Below, in pieces: positions 1 through 11,632 of a stretch of DNA of 64,000 nucleotides (position 1 is its first letter; every line of letters starts with the position of its first letter). The position numbers and the translations under genes are program-made. Below the pieces are notes generated by a model. It was given only the letters and a program-made list of their open reading frames with translations. It had not been told where the DNA came from and searched no databases. The DNA is from Neophaeotheca triangularis (taxonomy: Eukaryota). The stretch is from assembly GCA_054600435.1 (NCBI GenBank), contig BAAIJX010000008.1, forward strand, positions 1 through 64,000, given 5' to 3'.

Positions 1-115
1 CCAGACGACGTGAGTTCGAGGTTCTTTTGCAGCGAATCGGTGGAGAAGTTGGGTTTGGGTGGAGGAGGTATATTGATATCCTGTAGGTTGTTGTGTGCGT
101 TCAATGGTAGCAGGG
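1..115 (-). repeat. Direct-repeat copy of an internal 5' segment of the forkhead gene (matches 13665-13779); runs off the left edge
   Basis: 1-108 is identical to 13665-13772; one mismatch at 109, then 110-115 match again. Confidence 0.95.
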
Positions 116-643
116 CGTAGCTGGCTGGGTGCACAGGGAAACGGAGTTGTCGCGTCGCTAAAGGTGCGTGGGTTTGGGAGGAGTTGGTCACTCGAGGATG
201 CCTATTTGGCCCTCCGTAGATACCCTATTGCGATACATACAACATCGGCCGAGCTATCATTTCTACTGCCACATGGCTCGTTGGGTGGGTTCTATTGCCC
301 TCTCCTCTCATTGTTTCCTATATCATGATTTAGCATTGGTTGCACGTTGTTTGGTTCTCGAAGTCTGAAAAGCTCGCAGTGTTGGGACGAGGCTAGTTCT
401 GAACCTATGTTACGCCCTTCATCACGACATCCGTTTTGACGGACATGAAAAGCAAAGCTATTCCCGTCTAATGCCTTGCCACAAAGCGACGTTATCCCGA
501 CAGAACGAGTTTTCCCACCCAAACTCCGACCCTGATACGCGTGAAGTATCCAACAAAAAAGCAACCACCAACGCCAACGCTGCGTGCTGTCATAAAAAGC
601 CAAGTTGCAACCTAATGCCTCTTTTTCATTAACCCAACAAACA

Positions 644-3339
644 TCACCTTGACCCCATAGCAGCCTCCGGCAGACCCGGCATGCCCGTGGGTGGACCACT
701 GACATCGAACTTCGATATCGACATATCCTCATCCATCAACGACATGCCAATACCGCTGTCATCAATATCGGCCTCGTGTTGCGGGCGGTGTTTTTGCGGA
801 TCAGTCGTTTGGAAGGGAAGACCGTGCAGTTGGTAAGGATGCTGCGGCATCTCAGGAGTCGGCTGCTGGTACGGCGTGTACTGACGGTGTTGGGCGGCCA
901 TGCTCTCGAAAGAAGGGTTCGTCGCGTAGCCGTAGGGATGAGTGTTCACTGGCTGTTGTGTTAGGAAGGGGGCAAACATAAGCGTGGGAATGTACTGCTC
1001 ACTCGCGCCGTTGCCTGCCACTGGGCCGTGTGCGGAACCACTGAACCCATTACCGTTCGAGGCGCTCCCTTCGCCGCCTGTGCTACCTATGCGACTACCA
1101 TGACTGCTCTCGTGGCTTAATTCTTGCCCGTTTTGAAGCACTGGAGACTGTAGGCTACTGTCCCCATCCACGCTCAATTCCTTGGGTGCAGCAGGCTCAA
1201 GGAACCCGCCCATTTCTGCCATCCAGAGGGACATTTCATCGACGAAGATCTTCAGAACCCACCAATGACCGTAGCTCAAGCCGTTCATGATTGTAATGTC
1301 GCGCAATGCTGCCGTTCCCACCGCCGAGATGCAGTGCAACAGCGTTCGCGCAGGCGCATGTGGGAACCTGGTCGGCAAGGACGAGATGAATGCAGACCAG
1401 CGATCCAGAACTGTGTCAGTGGATACATTCGACTCGCCATGCTGGTTAAAGGACGTGGCTTGGTTTTGGAGGAAATTTGCGAAGCCCCCATTGTCGATGT
1501 ACGCTTGCTGATAGCCGTAGCCTTCCTCGTGATATGGCGGTGCTTGCAACGGTTCGAGTAAGCTGCGCATCTCAGTAGTCAGGATGCCGTAAACCTCCTC
1601 GTAACCGCAGTCCGGAAGTTCTGCTTCCATTACCCTCTTAGGGTTGACCATGGAGACCCATTCGCGCCACATCTGCTCGCGATTCTGGTCGATAGTAAGG
1701 AGATTGGCAGCAGCGTGCGCCGACTGGTTGACACGTATCAGTCGGTGCAACAAGCCAGCAAAGACTGTTGCCGGTCGAAGCTTAGCCTCAAGGACGTGGC
1801 TAGGATGCGATGCGAACGTCTTCATGATGTGACTGTGCAGATTCATCGAGATGTTCTGGAAGATGTTGATGACCACTACAGGGGCGGCTTGTAGCGTTAA
1901 TCGGGAGACAAAGCGCACCATCGTCCGGTACATTACGAGGTCGCATTCCTCTATCCATGGAGCCAAATGAGGGTGATGGAAGAGCTTTTGCACAGGAACG
2001 GTGAGTGTGCCGTGGAAAGAAGTATACAAACGGAAGAATTGCTTCTCCTTGCAGAACCGGATGCTGTCGATGAGACTGGTGCAATGCGTACGATATAATG
2101 CGAAAAGTGCTTCGGCGGTATCGTTGTCTGTGCGCGGTGGTAAGTAGGGCTGTATTGATGGTAGGTTGACAGGCTCGTTTTCAGAAAAGGCCGGCGTGTT
2201 ACTAGAGGGAAAGCGTAAAGTGTGTCCGTAGGTCATACCGTCGGCACCGTTTGCACTCAGGCCGCGATGATCGGGATAGGCAAAAGTCCTACCACTTGAA
2301 GCAGGACCCCTCGGCGCAGGAGGAGGGGGCGGGGCGAGCGGCTCTGTGTCGAAAGTGGTATCCGGCGGTGGGAAGGCTGCTGTGTCGGCTTGCAGGCGTG
2401 GAACGCTGTTGAAATCAATCTGTGGCACACTGGCCGACTGGCTGCGGCCTGGTCTATTGTCGTTTTCAGCGTAGGCTACAGGAGCCGGTGTTTGCTGCTG
2501 ATATGGAGCAGGGGATTCTTCTTCCAAGGCCAGATCGACGTAGTGATACTTGCTCTCACCCCTAACACCTAAACGCCTGGTCTGAATACCCGGGAAGATA
2601 ACACGGACAAGCTTGCCAAAGGATGCTGGATTTAAAGGTACAACCCTCTCAGTACCGCATCGGCTTGCATATTGCGAATATACGCGATTCCTAGGGACAG
2701 AAGTTTTGGCCGGCTTGCACACAACACGGAGCCTGCAATACCATGTTAGTAACCATCAATCTGGCAGAGGCGGTCGATGACTTACCATAGCATGGCAAAA
2801 AGCTGCTTCGTCTTCTCTGCCATGGGTGTACGCTCCTTTTGGATGACCTCCTGGGCGACATCCTTGAGTGGCCGCCCTTCGTTCTTAACAAGCATCTCTC
2901 GAAGCTCTCTGTCATTGGTTGCTGTGACTGCAGAACCCTTTCGCTTTTTGTCGTCGCTTTGTTCGGCTGCCAGCTGCACCGGGACTGAGCTTAGCCTTGG
3001 AGGAGGAGCAGGATAAGCTGGGTTCTGATCGCCCATGAACATGGATTCTTGGGAACCGTAACCTGCAGACAGGGGGAAAGGGGCACTTTGTGTGTGTTGG
3101 TGGTGCATCTGTTGCGACATGGGCATATGGGCTTGATCGTACTGCAGCTCGTGATGAGGGGGGCCCATGCTAGCTTGGTATTGCAGCAAGGCAACTTCGG
3201 GGTTGGCAGATCTTTGGTCGGGGTGGAATTGCGAATGTGCATCTTGGAAAGATGTTGCGCTCGTGGTGGAGGCTCTTGAATCGGGTCTTTGGCTGGCGCG
3301 AGCAGATGCGCCTGTGTTGGAACGATGTCGGAAAGCCAT
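644..3339 (-). CDS. RFX-family transcription factor (Sak1/RfxA/CPCR1-like)
   Basis: RFX DNA-binding motif VPRNRVYSQY...LNPASFGKLVRVIFPGIQTRRLGVRGESKYHY; intron 2733-2785 joins the two ORFs (FAMLW-LRVVCK); probable in-frame intron 949-1002. Confidence 0.93.
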
Positions 3340-4093
3340 AATGGCTAGCGATGCGGCCGGATAGTTCGACCTCTACTGATACCTTCTATGAGTAGGAGTC
3401 AGCGATGATTGAGTGTATCGGCGCTGGGTGTGGTGGCAGCGGCGTACGTAGATAGCTACTGGAACATGGACAGGCCCTCTCTGGTGCTGTGTCGACTGTG
3501 TCCGGTGGTTGTTATGGCGGCGCAGCAGCTTTGTCCTCGACGACGACGGCTGGGGCTCTTTCGAACGGCGCCTGGTTAGTAGTCGGCGAGGTGGACCGGT
3601 CCAGAAGCGACGAGGGGATCCGGGTGGTGGTGGGTGGGACGAGCAGGAGCACACTTGGTGTTGGAGCGGAGCGGTGCAAGCTACATGAGGTCTGGGTCGA
3701 GGTAGGGCAGCGATGCGATGAAGTTTACCACATCACAACAATCCCGTAAACAACGTCGGCGTCGGCTTGCAACCGCCCGGCCGCGCAAACGCAAGAATGC
3801 CTGAAATTTGAGGCAAGAGACTGGCCTCGTCATAGCTGCCCTATCTGGCACGGGTGGACCCGCCGACACCGACACCTTCAATTCCACCATGGAGGGTCTC
3901 TCACTGATCACACCTCAGGCTTATCCACTGGCGCTTGGAGCAAACGCTTGCTTGTCCACCTTACCTACTACCACTTGCCTTACCTCCTACCTCACACCAC
4001 AACACCACAACATCCCAACACCACAGACCTCACTCGATCCCACACATCTCCATACTTGCAATCTCCAACAACCACTGCCACATCAGAGACACC

Positions 4094-4891
4094 ATGTCGC
4101 AACAAAACATGACCATGCAGGAGAAGGCCCAGCATCACATGAGCCAGTACGTTGATGACCTACCCGCTCGTTTACATCGCATATGCGCTGACGATTCGCT
4201 TCAAACAACAGGCTTGACAAAGAGGTATAGCTTCTCACCATGACATAGAGCCAAGGAGCCAATCATCTTGTATATCACGAGAGACTAACCGTGACCCGAC
4301 ATAGCTCTCCAGATACCCTGCGCTCAACAACTTCGAGCAGCAAACCTCCGTGCCCAAGGTCTACGTTGTTCTCGGCCTAGGCGCTCTGTACTTTTTCCTG
4401 GTCTTCTTCAACATTGCTGGCGAGTTCCTCGTCAACACAGCTGGCTTTGCTATCCCCGCCTACTACAGCCTGGAAGCCCTCTTCAGCAACACAAAGACCG
4501 ATGACACTCAATGGCTGACCGTAAGTCACGAGCCTCCAGCATACATATGATACACTCGCCTACAGACGCTTACTACTCAACAGTACTGGGTCACCTACGC
4601 CCTCTTCACCGTCATCGAGTCCGCCATTAACGCCGTCTACTGGTTCCCCTTCTACTACACCTTCAAGTTCGTGCTCATCCTCTGGATGGCGCTCCCCCAG
4701 ACCAGGTAAGCACTGGCATTCTTACATCGCCATATATCCAGTTCTTTCTGCTCACTCGCTGTTGCAGCGGCGCCCAAGTCATCTTCCGTAGCTTGATCCA
4801 GCCCGTCTTCGCCCGTTTCTTCGAGCACGGCGGCTCCACCTCCGACAGCCTGCGTGGCCAAGCCGACAAGGCCACTGGCAAGGCCCAGTAA
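4094..4891 (+). CDS. YOP1: ER-shaping protein Yop1 (TB2/DP1/HVA22 family)
   Basis: Spliced model (introns 4147-4211, 4225-4304, 4521-4583, 4706-4767) gives QLDKELSRYPALNNFEQQTSVPKVY...DDTQWLTYWVTYA...WFPFYYTFKF. Confidence 0.93.
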
Positions 4892-5383
4892 TTGCTGCCT
4901 ACCCGAAGCAAGCAACACGAGCACCCCTTGGTTCAGTGTCCTGGTCGGGATATCTATCTCTATTTGGGTTAGAAAGAGACAGTGTACGAAGTTGGACTTA
5001 TGGGACGACGACTTCATGTTTCATGAGAGGAGGGTGAGGGGCAGACAGCAGGATGGATCAGTATCGGGAGCTGCGCACGTCATGATGTTGCATATGTATC
5101 AGACACGATTTCAGGGTCGCGTGAGTGGTCATGGCATACTGCACCACACCAGTAGCGAATGCAGGACGATAGCGTACGAAAGCCAACCGCCCGAACAGTT
5201 CCAATACTGCGCTCTCCAAATTCCAGAAAAAGTGTGTTCAAGATGAGACGTCGCTCGCGACGACAATGAAGTAAACGGTAAAGTTCATGACGTGTGTCTA
5301 TTGGACATCGAACTGTCGACCGCTATACAATCGGGTCCATTAGAAGCCTGCTGCCCACCCCTCTCCCGGCGTCGAGATTCGCC

Positions 5384-6438
5384 TCACAGCGTGTAAAACC
5401 GGTCGCCGAAGTCGCCGAGGCCTGGAACAATGTAGCTGAAGATGTATTAGCCTTAGACGCTTTAGCACTTTTATCGACTTGACGATAGAACCTACTTCTT
5501 ATCGTCCAACCCTTCATCGACGAATGCCGTTACTACTCTTAGCTTAGGGAACTTCTTCGCAAAGTTGCCAGTGCCTTCAGGGGATGCGATGAGATTGAGG
5601 AACAGAATGCGCTCCTCGGGTACACCTTTGCTCAGAAGGACGTCAACCGCCATGAGAGCCGAGCCGCCTGTGTTGTGTCAGTTCTGCCGAATCAAAATCA
5701 CAATATCCGCCAAGAGTGATCGTTACCCGTGGCCAACATGGGATCCAAAAGCAACACCCAGCGATCCTTGATATCTTCAGGTAGCTTGTCGTAAAACAGT
5801 CTAGGCTTGCTAGTCTCCTCATCTCTCTGGATCAAGATCTTGCCAATCCTGACGCTTCTACAACACTCCCTGAGCGCTTGTTCCATAGCCTCGCCCGCCC
5901 GCATGATGGAGACTCCGCAGATTTTGCCCTCGAATTTGACTCCCGCATACGTCCGGCCAACCGGGGTGGTGATGGTGTGTGGCAGCACTGGCAAGTGGTT
6001 GAGGCCTTCCTCGACGAGTAGCCGTATAATGCGATTGGAGTAGAAGATGAAGTCTGCGCGGTTGGTGTTCTTATCGCGGATCATGCTGGGATGAGAAGAA
6101 AGACACGGTCAGCCTTGCTTGCGACGTCGCCGACAAGGCGGAAAACATAATAGAAGGCGTGCTGCAGCGAGCAGGCGGAGGCACACCTACGTGAGAAGAG
6201 CGATGAGCTGAGGCGATTGGGGCAGAATGTGCACATTGTCGTGGCCGACCTGCGTGGAGACGGTCTAGCGAGCAGGGAGGGCTATCAGCTACTCTGGGTC
6301 CCTGGAGCATTGCGACTGGCTTGAACTTTGACAAGACCAGTTGCTTGAACCTACCGCTTGTGGCTTCTCGTCTGCTGACTTGTAGTCCGGGCCTAGACAT
6401 TGGCTTGGAGCTCGCTGAGGCTCATCGTCGCTCGCCAT
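5384..6438 (-). CDS. FUR1: Uracil phosphoribosyltransferase
   Basis: Multi-exon; motifs CGVSIMRAGEAME, RIGKILIQRDEET, PRPP-binding VLLLDPMLATG, C-terminal YIVPGLGDFGDRFY. Confidence 0.95.
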
Positions 6439-6510
6439 GTTGTGCTCAGAAATGGCGGGTTGCACGTTGAGCTTCCGCAAGGCTTCAATCGTGGGAGCTT
6501 GCTTGCACAC

Positions 6511-6788
6511 GATAAGCAGCTACTCTGGGCTACTGCTCGCGATGAGCAATGAGGAGAGCTTGTCTGGACCAAACGATTGTACAGCGATTTGGGACAGACG
6601 ACGGTTGTGAGCGAGAAGTGGGAGTCTAGTCGGAGGTCGATGTCTTGGTCGGAGTGACCTCGTGGGCATGCGGTGACTTGGGCGTAGAAGTTTGATAAGA
6701 GGTAAAGACTACTAGTAGAACGAGTGGAGCTGCGGTCGCGTGTGCTGTCGGAGCCGGACCTAAGGTTAACTTACCTTATCACCTTATC
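6511..6788. promoter_or_regulatory. Cluster of four GATAAG (GATA-factor) sites in the FUR1/WAPL divergent promoter
   Basis: GATAAG at 6511 and 6694; CTTATC at 6775 and 6783. Confidence 0.4.
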
Positions 6789-7248
6789 TACTGACATGCA
6801 GGGTTTCGGTCTACGCCTCGGCCCGTGTCTGATGTCGTCGCTTGACTCGGGACGGGAGCCATGGGCAGCTGGGCAGACGCCGCAAACAACATCGACCGCG
6901 GGCTCCTTCTGTCGGATGGGGATGGTTTAACAACAACATCAACAACGACGACAGCAGTCTCCGATGTGCGCGCATGTTACGACCCAACAACAATACGATA
7001 TGAACCCTTGCTACATCTCTCGGAACGTGTCAACAAATTAGCGCGTGCCGAAACTGCTTCAGATCACGCGCGCATCGCTTGTCAAGAACATCACTCGGGG
7101 CCAAAGCCGGACTTCACTTGAGGTGAACTTTGGACTTCACCTGAAGCACGCTTGCGATTCCACTACTGCAGCCATACCTCCCTTCTACGAGCGATTCGCG
7201 ACATCTGTTGCAACCGTATGAATACGAGCACGGCCTACGTCCACCATC

Positions 7249-10200
7249 ATGACCACTGTTGCTGCGGCGTCGTATCAACGGCGCAAGAAGACGCCTACCT
7301 ACGGCAAGACCAAGAGGAGCTCTGTCTTCAGCTCTCCGCAATTTGATACCTTCTTCGACGAGCCCACGCCGTCCTCAGACGCCCCAGTCACTGGCAATGC
7401 GACAGAGCAAGCCCCGCCAAAGGCGCGCCTAACGAAGCGCGTCAAGGCCGTAGACTCGAAGCCGATCGCAGACACGTTTGACATCCCGTCGTCAGAAGAT
7501 GAAGCGCAGAGGATGACGTTGCAGAGGCCACCTTCACCGCCAAAGCTGCGCGCTCGGAATAACCTAGTCGAGGATAGAGTGGCTAGGCGGGATCTCTTGG
7601 CTTCGTGGGAGCACGAACCACCTGGAGATAGAGCCGGTCGACGTGGCGATGGCGAAAAAAGCAGGCAGAATGCCCGCTGCGAATCGCAAGACATTGAGCA
7701 GCCTGACACCAATGCTGATGTGGGGCCTACAACTTCTCACCCGGGAGCGTTTGCCGCGCAGCTTGCTCCTCGAGCCACTACCGCCGCAGCTAGACTTGCT
7801 GCTAGAAAACGCGCGAATGGCAGTGTGGAGTCTGAAACCAGCGCAGAAAGCCGCGCTGTATCTGACCGGGGCCCCGACCGCACAAAAACGACCACACTTT
7901 TGACATCGTCACGGAAACGCAGGAGACAGGATTATGATTCGAGCGTAACATCAAGTAACGTGCCTAGCGATACTCCTCTTGCTCTAGCTAAGATACCGAC
8001 GAACTACTCTGGTGCAACGACCCATCAATCACGTCAGCAAAGCGTTGAAAACGAACAGCATGCCGAAGAGACTCCTTCTAAGAGCCAGGGGGGAGGGCGC
8101 GCGCCTAGCCGTAAGGGGAACAGGGCAGTCGTGCCCACGCCTCGTGGTGGCATCAAGACCGGCAAATCAGCCCCGGCACGATTGACGGATATGATCGACG
8201 ATGGCGGCCTCGACAAGCGGCTCTCACATTCACCGGAGTGGGAACAGAGCAGAAACGAAGCCGATAGCTTTGCGCATGAAAATGTTCGGAGCTCTCGGAA
8301 CATCACACCGAAAAAGATGCCGCAAAGCCCTGAAACGCCTGGGCGAGCGGGATCCCTAACCCCAAAACAGCTTCAGCTGTGGGACCAATTGCTCCCTAGC
8401 GACCCCATTTCCTCGCCTGGCGGCCTACCAATTCAGAAATTGGATCTGGCCAGCCGGTCAGCCAAGGGTCAGAATCCTATACCTGCCGTGCAAAATTCAA
8501 AACCGGAAATTGGAAGGAGGACAAGACTTGTAGACCGCTTGAAGGCCTCTGCTGCGAGCTCAGAAATCGAAGATTCGAGTTCAGAAGACGATAATGATTC
8601 GCCCATGATATCGACAGCCGGGAATGAAGAGAAGCCGGTTTCCCAGCTGACGGAGAAGTCAGTCACCTGGCAGATGCAAGAAGCTCCGCCTGAACCCAGA
8701 GAGGCACAATCTCAGCCAACACAGGGAGCAAGCCAAAGTGGCCCCAAGATCACTTACGCAAGGACCCGATCGTATCTTCAGGAAGACAACTTTGAGGACA
8801 ACGTGCTAGGGAGTATGGTCGGTAATACACCTCAGCAGCCAAAATTTGCACGGAGACAGCTCGGCCAGCGCGCCCCTGCCACCCAGACTTCTGCCTTTGA
8901 CATGGAAGAGAGCGACGACGAAACCCCTCACGGTAGACTACGCACTATACATGAGCTACGCGCGGCGGGTCGTAGTAAACGCTTTGCCCAGGGCGCACAA
9001 GCTCTGTTAGAGGATATCGCCGATCACAGCGTCACTGCTCGCAGCAGAAGGAGAGGAGCTCTGCTGGACTTGACCTCTCAGCTCCTCGATCAAAGCTTCG
9101 CCCAACAATGTGTCGAACAGGGCTTCGAACAGCAGCTCTTTGTCGAACTCAAGCATGAAAACGACAAGATTGCCAGCTTCATTCTGGCAGCGGCCACTGC
9201 CCTTATCCTGACCGTTGGGCCGCCAGAGCATGCTATCCTGACACTGCAATCGACTGGGGGCTTTGTTCAGCTTGCGTCTCTCCTCACGGAGTCTACTGCT
9301 GTGACCAAGCTAGCCAAGGATCGTTCCAGCAACATGTCCAGAGCTTCGCAGGTAGCCTTGTCCGAATTTGTCACCAAACTTCAAGGGCAAACATTGATAT
9401 GGGGAGAGAAATGTCCGGTCGCCATATCGCCTCGCTTGGTCGGCCTGAAGGCGGTCGACCTATTACTTGGAAGATTGAAGAACGCCAGCAATATGCCGGT
9501 GACCTTGCCTGAAGACTTGCTCCTGTCAATCTTGTCGGAACGGTCGCAAAGCGACGACCACGAGCAGCAATTGTCTGTGTCATTGCTAGAAGCGCTCTCC
9601 GCCTCCTCGCCCTATCTCCTTTGGCCAGCAGAGCTGCTCTCACGCATTGCAGCAATGCTCGGTAACCTCAACGCGAAAGACTCGACGTCAAGGCACACCC
9701 TCTTTCTAGCCTTCCGCCTATGTCTCAACCTTACCAACAATAATGAGCGAAACAGCGCCATCTTGGGCACACCTGCCGTGGTCGACCGTCTCCTTAAAGC
9801 CGCTTCAGACGGCTTCACCAGACTTCACGCACCGTCCGACGACGAGCAACGCGCTCTAAACACCGACCTGCTCGTCCTATCCATAGGTACCATGATCAAC
9901 CTCGCGGAACACACGGCAGCCGCGCGCATTGCTGCCATTGCGCCTGAAACATCCCCCACAATGTCCGCCCTTATCGACACCTTCGTTGACGGCCAGAAAG
10001 CCATGTCGGAAAGCGAATCCCTCGAGCAGTCTACCGGCAACGTCGCTTTCGGGTATTTGGCAATTATGCTGGCGAACTTGTGTCAGAGTCGCGAGTCTCG
10101 AGATTTTGTGGCAGCTCAGATGCCCGGACGAGGGTTGGAGTTGCTCGTCACTGCTGTCGAAGAGTTTGTGCTGTATCATGAGAAAGTGGACACCATGGTC

Positions 10201-10293
10201 TTCGAGGGCGATGAGGGTGCTGGGGCTTGGGGCGCTTTTACTGAGAAGCTTAGGATTGTGTTGGAGAAGGTCAAGGCAGTTGGGAGAGAGTAA
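7249..10293 (+). CDS. Cohesin release factor Wapl/Wpl1/Rad61-like
   Basis: 1014-aa ORF; disordered N-terminal half, then a helical domain starting RLRTIHELRAAG...LLEDI...RRRGALLDL, typical of fungal WAPL. Confidence 0.8.
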   Translation: MTTVAAASYQRRKKTPTYGKTKRSSVFSSPQFDTFFDEPTPSSDAPVTGNATEQAPPKARLTKRVKAVDSKPIADTFDIPSSEDEAQRMTLQRPPSPPKLRARNNLVEDRVARRDLLASWEHEPPGDRAGRRGDGEKSRQNARCESQDIEQPDTNADVGPTTSHPGAFAAQLAPRATTAAARLAARKRANGSVESETSAESRAVSDRGPDRTKTTTLLTSSRKRRRQDYDSSVTSSNVPSDTPLALAKIPTNYSGATTHQSRQQSVENEQHAEETPSKSQGGGRAPSRKGNRAVVPTPRGGIKTGKSAPARLTDMIDDGGLDKRLSHSPEWEQSRNEADSFAHENVRSSRNITPKKMPQSPETPGRAGSLTPKQLQLWDQLLPSDPISSPGGLPIQKLDLASRSAKGQNPIPAVQNSKPEIGRRTRLVDRLKASAASSEIEDSSSEDDNDSPMISTAGNEEKPVSQLTEKSVTWQMQEAPPEPREAQSQPTQGASQSGPKITYARTRSYLQEDNFEDNVLGSMVGNTPQQPKFARRQLGQRAPATQTSAFDMEESDDETPHGRLRTIHELRAAGRSKRFAQGAQALLEDIADHSVTARSRRRGALLDLTSQLLDQSFAQQCVEQGFEQQLFVELKHENDKIASFILAAATALILTVGPPEHAILTLQSTGGFVQLASLLTESTAVTKLAKDRSSNMSRASQVALSEFVTKLQGQTLIWGEKCPVAISPRLVGLKAVDLLLGRLKNASNMPVTLPEDLLLSILSERSQSDDHEQQLSVSLLEALSASSPYLLWPAELLSRIAAMLGNLNAKDSTSRHTLFLAFRLCLNLTNNNERNSAILGTPAVVDRLLKAASDGFTRLHAPSDDEQRALNTDLLVLSIGTMINLAEHTAAARIAAIAPETSPTMSALIDTFVDGQKAMSESESLEQSTGNVAFGYLAIMLANLCQSRESRDFVAAQMPGRGLELLVTAVEEFVLYHEKVDTMVFEGDEGAGAWGAFTEKLRIVLEKVKAVGRE

Positions 10294-10669
10294 AAAGACG
10301 GTTGTGTCGTGTCGGTCTCAGTGTTGTCATGAGATTACGTTGAAACGGCTGTAGCTATATTACGAATGTCTATGTGTATTTGTCTATTATTCTCGAAAGC
10401 AGCTGCAGTGGCAGTTGGGTGTTGCGTCGCAGACGGGTGTCCCGCTGTTTTGGCGAGCCTGTAGTAAGACGAATCCCAGATCCGCGCATTGGTCTAGTCA
10501 TATGCATATTCGCGATCCAAGCACCTCTCTACTAGCCGAACATACTACTTACAACTTCACCGGTAAAACAGTTTCACCCCTAGCCTGAGCTTTGCTTTCG
10601 AGATGCAGCCCGTTGACTTAGACCACAACAAACCCACTCGAGGTGACTGTTTATCAACCGCGTATTGCC

Positions 10670-10939
10670 ATGACTACTAATACCAGCCAAACAAATAAAA
10701 GATAACATCCGTCTAAGAGACCTTTAACGGATTAGTGATAGATAGAAGTGTTTCCGAAGAGAGATGCGAAAGACTATAACAATAAATGAGACGGTCCAAA
10801 CAAGCTTAAGCTAATAGAAGTGGACACCAAATGATAATGGAAAGACCTGATACTAGCAGCAAAGTCCAACGTCTGTAGCCCTAGGCCTAACAGAGACATT
10901 GGTATACTGCTGATGGATACCCCATTGTTCCACCTAGAC
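10670..10939 (+). pseudogene. Possible RIP-degraded gene relic
   Basis: gccATG opens a protein-like frame broken by TAA/TAG/TGA codons; TpA-rich; followed by a GTACGT donor-like site. Confidence 0.35.
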
Positions 10940-11632
10940 GTACGTACGTGCTCGTTCTTGTTCTTGTGTCATCAATCATTAGCAAGGCTGGCTACGTAGT
11001 AAGCGGCACAGATACTAATTCCCTGTCTATTATAAGGAGGGGCGTAGATGGGTGTGCAGCATGCATGCATGGAAAAGACGCACGCTGTCACTCAATTTCC
11101 GTCAGATGCGATGGATGATTTGCTGGCGGTACGTGGTAACGTGGCTTCATACAGGAGTTACGTCGTAACTATGCGTATGCATTCTCCAAAACGCTGGGAG
11201 CAGCAGCAGACAAAATTAAAAGCACAGCACGGGCGAATTGCGAACAGGATGGCTTCACTTGTCTATATGGTCATTGAAGTCTCGAGACGCTGATTCCTAA
11301 AAGCTATAAACGACAACGCGACAAGAAGAAGCAGCGTGTTGAATCATGTCCCCACTTCGACCTCACAAGCGTCGTACCTCGCAGATATTAACGCCCAACG
11401 CGCAACAAAAGAGATACGTAAGCATCGTAAACAGCATTATCCCATCGGTGGTGCATTAGTATCGTCCCGCAGTTCAAACTCCCCCAAAACACAAAACATT
11501 GTTCCAAACCCCAATAACGATTCAACCCAAAAGACGCCCTCTTCCTTGATTCGTTGGTATCTTTTGCGGCCCCAATTGACTTCACCCCCTCCAATGCTTC
11601 CGCCGAACACACAAGGAAACCCCTCACGATTA

